Positions 28,783 through 32,000 of a stretch of DNA of 32,000 nt are shown here, one piece after another (positions within the stretch are counted from its first letter, which is position 1; the number at the start of each line of letters is the position of its first letter). Origin of the DNA: Aliivibrio fischeri ES114 (lineage in GTDB: Bacteria > Pseudomonadota > Gammaproteobacteria > Enterobacterales > Vibrionaceae). Under the pieces are notes generated by a model, which saw only the letters and a list, made by a program, of their open reading frames with translations, was not told the origin of the DNA and did not search any database. The stretch is taken from the NCBI RefSeq assembly GCF_000011805.1, contig NC_006841.2, one strand, 5' to 3'. The translations under genes were made by a program, and so were the position numbers.

Positions 28783-29364
28783 TTAATTTGATACAGCTTT
28801 TCTAAACTGATCATTAATAGGCATAGACAATACAACAGATCTAGTATTACCTAATAAATGAATCTCCTTATCACCAATGCGATGACAAGGAACTTTAATA
28901 CGTTTCAGAAATCGCTCTATTGCTATTGATGTTACTGTTACATATTCTGTAATACCTTGACTAACTGCGTGTTTATATATAGCTTGAAACAATTTCATTG
29001 TTATTTCACTAGCAGAGTTATTTATTTTTGAGCTATTTTTTCCCACAGCAAAACGGCTTAATTCGACTATATTTGGATCTCTTGGGGCTACTTGATCTCC
29101 GAGCAATTCAGGAAAAACAGTTTTTAACATGTAATCACCCGTTGTAGGTAACAAACGCCAACAGCCATTTACCTCTTCCGCATCATCACAAGCATAAATA
29201 TATTCTGCATTTGAGTTATCATATTCATCTGATTCAAGATTATCCTCACTTACCAAGTCCCACTCCAGTCTTCGTTTAAATACCTGATAACGAAGACTAA
29301 GAATACCTCTATACTCCTCTGATGGAATGCCCAAAAAGTCCGATTTTTTTATCATTACAGCCAT
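28783..29364 (-). CDS. luxI: LuxI, acyl-homoserine-lactone (3-oxo-C6-HSL) synthase
   Basis: MAVMIKKSDFLGIPSEEYRGILSLRYQVFKRRLEWDL... NIVELSRFAV... 193 aa, first gene of the operon, downstream of the lux box. GAGAGG RBS. Confidence 0.97.
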   Translation of the reverse strand: MAVMIKKSDFLGIPSEEYRGILSLRYQVFKRRLEWDLVSEDNLESDEYDNSNAEYIYACDDAEEVNGCWRLLPTTGDYMLKTVFPELLGDQVAPRDPNIVELSRFAVGKNSSKINNSASEITMKLFQAIYKHAVSQGITEYVTVTSIAIERFLKRIKVPCHRIGDKEIHLLGNTRSVVLSMPINDQFRKAVSN

Positions 29365-29386
29365 GCAACCTCTCTTATTTTACATG

Positions 29387-29392
29387 ATCATA
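29387..29392 (-). promoter_or_regulatory. Probable -10 hexamer of the luxI (lux operon) promoter
   Basis: TATGAT on the - strand lies 21 nt downstream of the lux box end. This places the lux box centre near -42.5, as expected for a LuxR-activated promoter. It corresponds to the TATAGT of strain MJ1 as recalled. No -35 hexamer is expected because the lux box replaces it. Confidence 0.65.
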
Positions 29393-29413
29393 ACAAACTG
29401 ATGCATTACGGAA

Positions 29414-29433
29414 ACCTGTACCATCCTACAGCT
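29414..29433 (-). promoter_or_regulatory. lux box (LuxR-AHL operator)
   Basis: Read on the luxI strand it is AGCTGTAGGATGGTACAGGT, an 18/20 match to the classical MJ1 lux box ACCTGTAGGATCGTACAGGT (from memory). Its centre is about 60 nt upstream of the luxI ATG. Confidence 0.9.
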
Positions 29434-29467
29434 GCAATGTTAACACCACGTTTCCACCAAGATGCAT

Positions 29468-29489
29468 AAATGTGACCCAGATCGAATTA
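29468..29489. promoter_or_regulatory. cAMP-CRP binding site activating luxR
   Basis: AAATGTGACCCAGATCGAATTA matches the 22-bp CRP consensus AAATGTGATCTAGATCACATTT at 17/22 positions, with a perfect TGTGA left half. Its centre is about 60 nt upstream of the start point inferred from a TGT-TATATA extended -10 (29523-29531). cAMP-CRP control of luxR is established. Confidence 0.7.
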
Positions 29490-29570
29490 ATTGGAAGCGA
29501 TATCACCAAACCTCCAAATTGGTGTTATATAACACGCAAAAAACATAACAATAAGCTAGGTGAACAAAAA

Positions 29571-30323
29571 ATGAACATTAAAAATATAAATGCTAATGAG
29601 AAGATAATTGATAAAATTAAAACTTGTAATAATAATAAAGATATTAATCAATGTTTATCTGAAATAGCAAAGATAATACATTGTGAATATTACCTATTCG
29701 CTATTATCTATCCTCACTCAATAATTAAACCTGATGTTTCAATTATAGATAATTACCCTGAAAAATGGCGTAAATATTATGATGATGCCGGACTACTAGA
29801 ATATGACCCTGTAGTCGATTACTCTAAGTCCCATCATTCACCAATTAATTGGAACGTATTCGAAAAAAAAACAATAAAAAAAGAGTCTCCGAATGTAATA
29901 AAAGAAGCACAGGAATCGGGACTCATTACTGGATTTAGCTTTCCAATTCATACTGCAAGTAATGGTTTTGGAATGCTCAGTTTTGCTCATTCAGATAAAG
30001 ATATTTATACTGACAGTTTATTTTTACACGCTAGTACAAATGTACCATTAATGCTTCCTTCTTTAGTCGATAATTATCAAAAAATAAATACGACACGTAA
30101 AAAGTCAGATTCTATTTTAACAAAAAGAGAAAAAGAATGCTTAGCGTGGGCGAGTGAAGGAAAAAGTACATGGGATATTTCAAAAATACTTGGCTGCAGT
30201 GAGCGTACTGTCACTTTTCATTTAACCAATACTCAAATGAAACTCAATACAACTAACCGCTGCCAAAGTATTTCTAAAGCAATTTTAACTGGCGCCATTA
30301 ATTGTCCATACCTTAAAAATTAA
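29571..30323 (+). CDS. luxR: LuxR, AHL-responsive transcriptional activator
   Basis: MNIKNINANEKIIDKIKTC...HCEYYLFAIIYPHS... with C-terminal HTH TKREKECLAWASEGKSTWDISKILGCSERTVTFHLTNTQMKLNTTNRCQSISKAILTGAI. 250 aa from ATG 29571. Divergent from luxI. Confidence 0.97.
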   Translation: MNIKNINANEKIIDKIKTCNNNKDINQCLSEIAKIIHCEYYLFAIIYPHSIIKPDVSIIDNYPEKWRKYYDDAGLLEYDPVVDYSKSHHSPINWNVFEKKTIKKESPNVIKEAQESGLITGFSFPIHTASNGFGMLSFAHSDKDIYTDSLFLHASTNVPLMLPSLVDNYQKINTTRKKSDSILTKREKECLAWASEGKSTWDISKILGCSERTVTFHLTNTQMKLNTTNRCQSISKAILTGAINCPYLKN

Positions 30324-30364
30324 GTGTATGAATAAAACTTTATGCCTATAGACTTTATTTTTTG

Positions 30365-31210
30365 CTACTCTGTTTTCTGTGGAAAATTAATCTCATACAT
30401 TTCCATAAAATCTTGGCGAATAAGTTGCTCTAAATGAGATGCTTTTTCTGTTGGGCAAAAGATCATGTAATGCACTTTTTGATCGCCCATTGAAGTAGTC
30501 GTAATATGAATATGGGGCTCTGAACCTGGAAGGTCGACACCTGCGTGCTTCTCTATTACGCTGTTATAGCGTCGTGCTACTTCAATAAACTCTTCACAAT
30601 GGACATCTATCTTTGCTAATAGATCCGGTAGCATTGGGTATAGATTCACGAACTCTTTAACGCAGATTGAGAAGTTATGATAAACATAGCGCTTCATGAA
30701 ATTCAGGTTTTTCACTGGGTATGTAAAAAACATACTGTTTGGAAGCGTAGCTGTTTTCCCTGTGTAATCATATTGGCTATGGTGTAAATCAATCTCTTGG
30801 ATAACCGTAGCCATCATGTTGTGCTCAATAACTTCACCGCACAAAGATCCTACTTCAATCCAATCTCCTATTCGAAATGAACGAGAACTTGCACGTTGAA
30901 TCGAGCCAGTAAAACACAAAATAATTTCTTTCGATGCCACCACAATTGCAACGGCAATAGCAGTAACGGATAAAGCAAATTCATTAATCTCTGATTGCCA
31001 TAAAATAAATAACGTAATAACAATCACAGTAAACGAACCATTTTTGGTCCGAGAAATCCATTTACGTTGATCTTCAGTTAAAAAAGCAATATCACCACGA
31101 ATATGCTTTACCGCATAATGGCGTAATAAGAAGATGAAGCTAATAATCAACACACTAAAAATCATCTTATGTGTTAATAAAAAATCTATTACTAGTAACA
31201 GTCTATCCAC
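30365..31210 (-). CDS. Mechanosensitive ion channel family protein (MscS-like)
   Basis: Three N-terminal TM helices, then the MscS beta-domain motif FRIGDWIEVGSLCGEVIEHNMMATVIQEID. GTG start at 31210 has GAGG 5 nt upstream; ATG 31165 is the alternative. Confidence 0.8.
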   Translation of the reverse strand: MDRLLLVIDFLLTHKMIFSVLIISFIFLLRHYAVKHIRGDIAFLTEDQRKWISRTKNGSFTVIVITLFILWQSEINEFALSVTAIAVAIVVASKEIILCFTGSIQRASSRSFRIGDWIEVGSLCGEVIEHNMMATVIQEIDLHHSQYDYTGKTATLPNSMFFTYPVKNLNFMKRYVYHNFSICVKEFVNLYPMLPDLLAKIDVHCEEFIEVARRYNSVIEKHAGVDLPGSEPHIHITTTSMGDQKVHYMIFCPTEKASHLEQLIRQDFMEMYEINFPQKTE

Positions 31211-31346
31211 GCTTACCTCTTCTACTTACTGCTTTATTACTCAACAACTAGCAGTAAATATCCCATAGGTAGACCATAATTTCATCCCCATCGATCAATT
31301 TACTCGAACTTGATTCACTTTATCATAATAATAATAATCCTTTTGA

Positions 31347-31541
31347 TTAAGAATGAGTCACTTCTGAATACTCACCTTCGATGATTCGTGCTTCTTTATC
31401 TTCATTTGATTTCATTTTACGGTTATGTGATTTCGACATAATAAAGCCAACAATACTTAATCCCACAGCAAAAAATAAGCTTGAAACCAAGACAAAAAAA
31501 CCAATGAATAAAGCAATAATAGTAGCTAATAACTGTTTCAT
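31347..31541 (-). CDS. Small hypothetical membrane protein (64 aa)
   Basis: N-terminal 35 residues are strongly hydrophobic (LLATIIALFIGFFVLVSSLFFAVGLSIVGFIM), followed by a charged tail. GAGAG lies about 8 nt upstream of the ATG. No family recognised. Confidence 0.5.
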   Translation of the reverse strand: MKQLLATIIALFIGFFVLVSSLFFAVGLSIVGFIMSKSHNRKMKSNEDKEARIIEGEYSEVTHS

Positions 31542-31847
31542 ATTTTATCTCTCATTATGAATGAAATTTTATAATATCAAGCCAATTCTGAACACAAGAT
31601 GAACGATTAAATCATAACCTAAAATAATGATCTCAAATAAATAACAAACAAATCAATAATGAAACACCTCAACATAAAAATCTACATTTTCAGATGGATC
31701 ACAAAATATAAAACTATTTATACATTCTTTTATTTATAGAAATACTTTTTGATAATTATCAAGCCACCCAAAATCGATTCACGCAAAATACCCCTAAATG
31801 GTTAACCCAATACAATTTCTAATCTTTAAATTTTAAACGAGGTATTT

Positions 31848-32000
31848 ATGACTCAATCGGCTGATAAAGCACGTAAAGTCGGTATTGGCAGCTATGTGGC
31901 TCTGGCCTTTGCTGTTGTGTTCTTCTCTGGCTTTATGCAATCAAATGAATGGTATGGTGTTTTTGACTTTACAACACTAAATGGTTCATTTGGTAAAGTT
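31848..32000 (+). CDS. 5' end of a membrane protein gene (continues beyond the window)
   Basis: ATG 31848 is preceded by ACGAGG (5-nt spacing). Encodes MTQSADKARKVGIGSYVALAFAVVFFSGFMQSNEWYGVFDFTTLNGSFGKV with one clear TM helix. Open to the window edge. Family not identified. Confidence 0.6.
   Translation, partial: MTQSADKARKVGIGSYVALAFAVVFFSGFMQSNEWYGVFDFTTLNGSFGKV

Noticed and set aside
29472-29570. ORF-track N-terminal extension of luxR (GTG 29472, 33 extra residues).
   Set aside because: The extension would begin inside the CRP site and cover the luxR promoter. LuxR is 250 aa and begins at ATG 29571 (MNIKNINANEK...).
30324-30364. T-run (TTTATTTTTTGC) between the convergent luxR and MscS genes, as a terminator.
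   Set aside because: I could not find a convincing stem: only a 6-bp A/T pairing with a 17-nt loop.
1-32000. Search by eye for CRISPR arrays, tRNA or rRNA genes, IS elements, transposases, integrases, phage genes, toxin-antitoxin pairs or known defence-system hallmarks.
   Set aside because: No regularly spaced repeats, no cloverleaf-like GC-rich segments in the intergenic regions, and no ORF with transposase, integrase, nuclease, helicase or defence-type motifs. All large ORFs are accounted for by metabolic, transport, regulatory or lux functions.

Overview
This window is the Aliivibrio (Vibrio) fischeri bioluminescence locus and its flanks. The core is divergent luxR (29571-30323, +) and luxICDABEG (29364 down to 22357, -). 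Their shared 206-bp control region holds a lux box, a strong CRP-type site and a recognisable luxI -10. The alleles look like the squid-symbiont (ES114-like) type, whose lux genes are, as I recall, on chromosome II. The left flank carries a sulfatase 3' end plus an anaerobic sulfatase maturase, then a tightly coupled six-gene MoxR / DUF58 / DUF4381 / VWA / VWA-TPR / BatD module. Next come an RND efflux pair (adaptor and pump), an orphan predicted beta-barrel protein and an orphan RecX-like protein. These are followed by a divergent NAD(P)H-quinone oxidoreductase / LysR pair, a small hypothetical gene, an ABC-2 transporter pair, a CNNM/CorC-type transporter, a maltose O-acetyltransferase, a MATE exporter and a dCMP deaminase. 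The right flank carries an MscS-family channel, a small membrane protein and the 5' end of a membrane protein gene. Several clean hairpin terminators sit between convergent genes. I saw no tRNA or rRNA, CRISPR array, transposase, integrase or obvious pseudogene. I found no convincing evidence for an undescribed multi-gene system. The lux system is classical. The least understood pieces are the MoxR/VWA (Bat-like) module, the elongated orphan RecX-like protein, the orphan beta-barrel protein, and a few regulatory palindromes and repeats. All calls rest on reading the sequence and recalling protein families; no database search was run.
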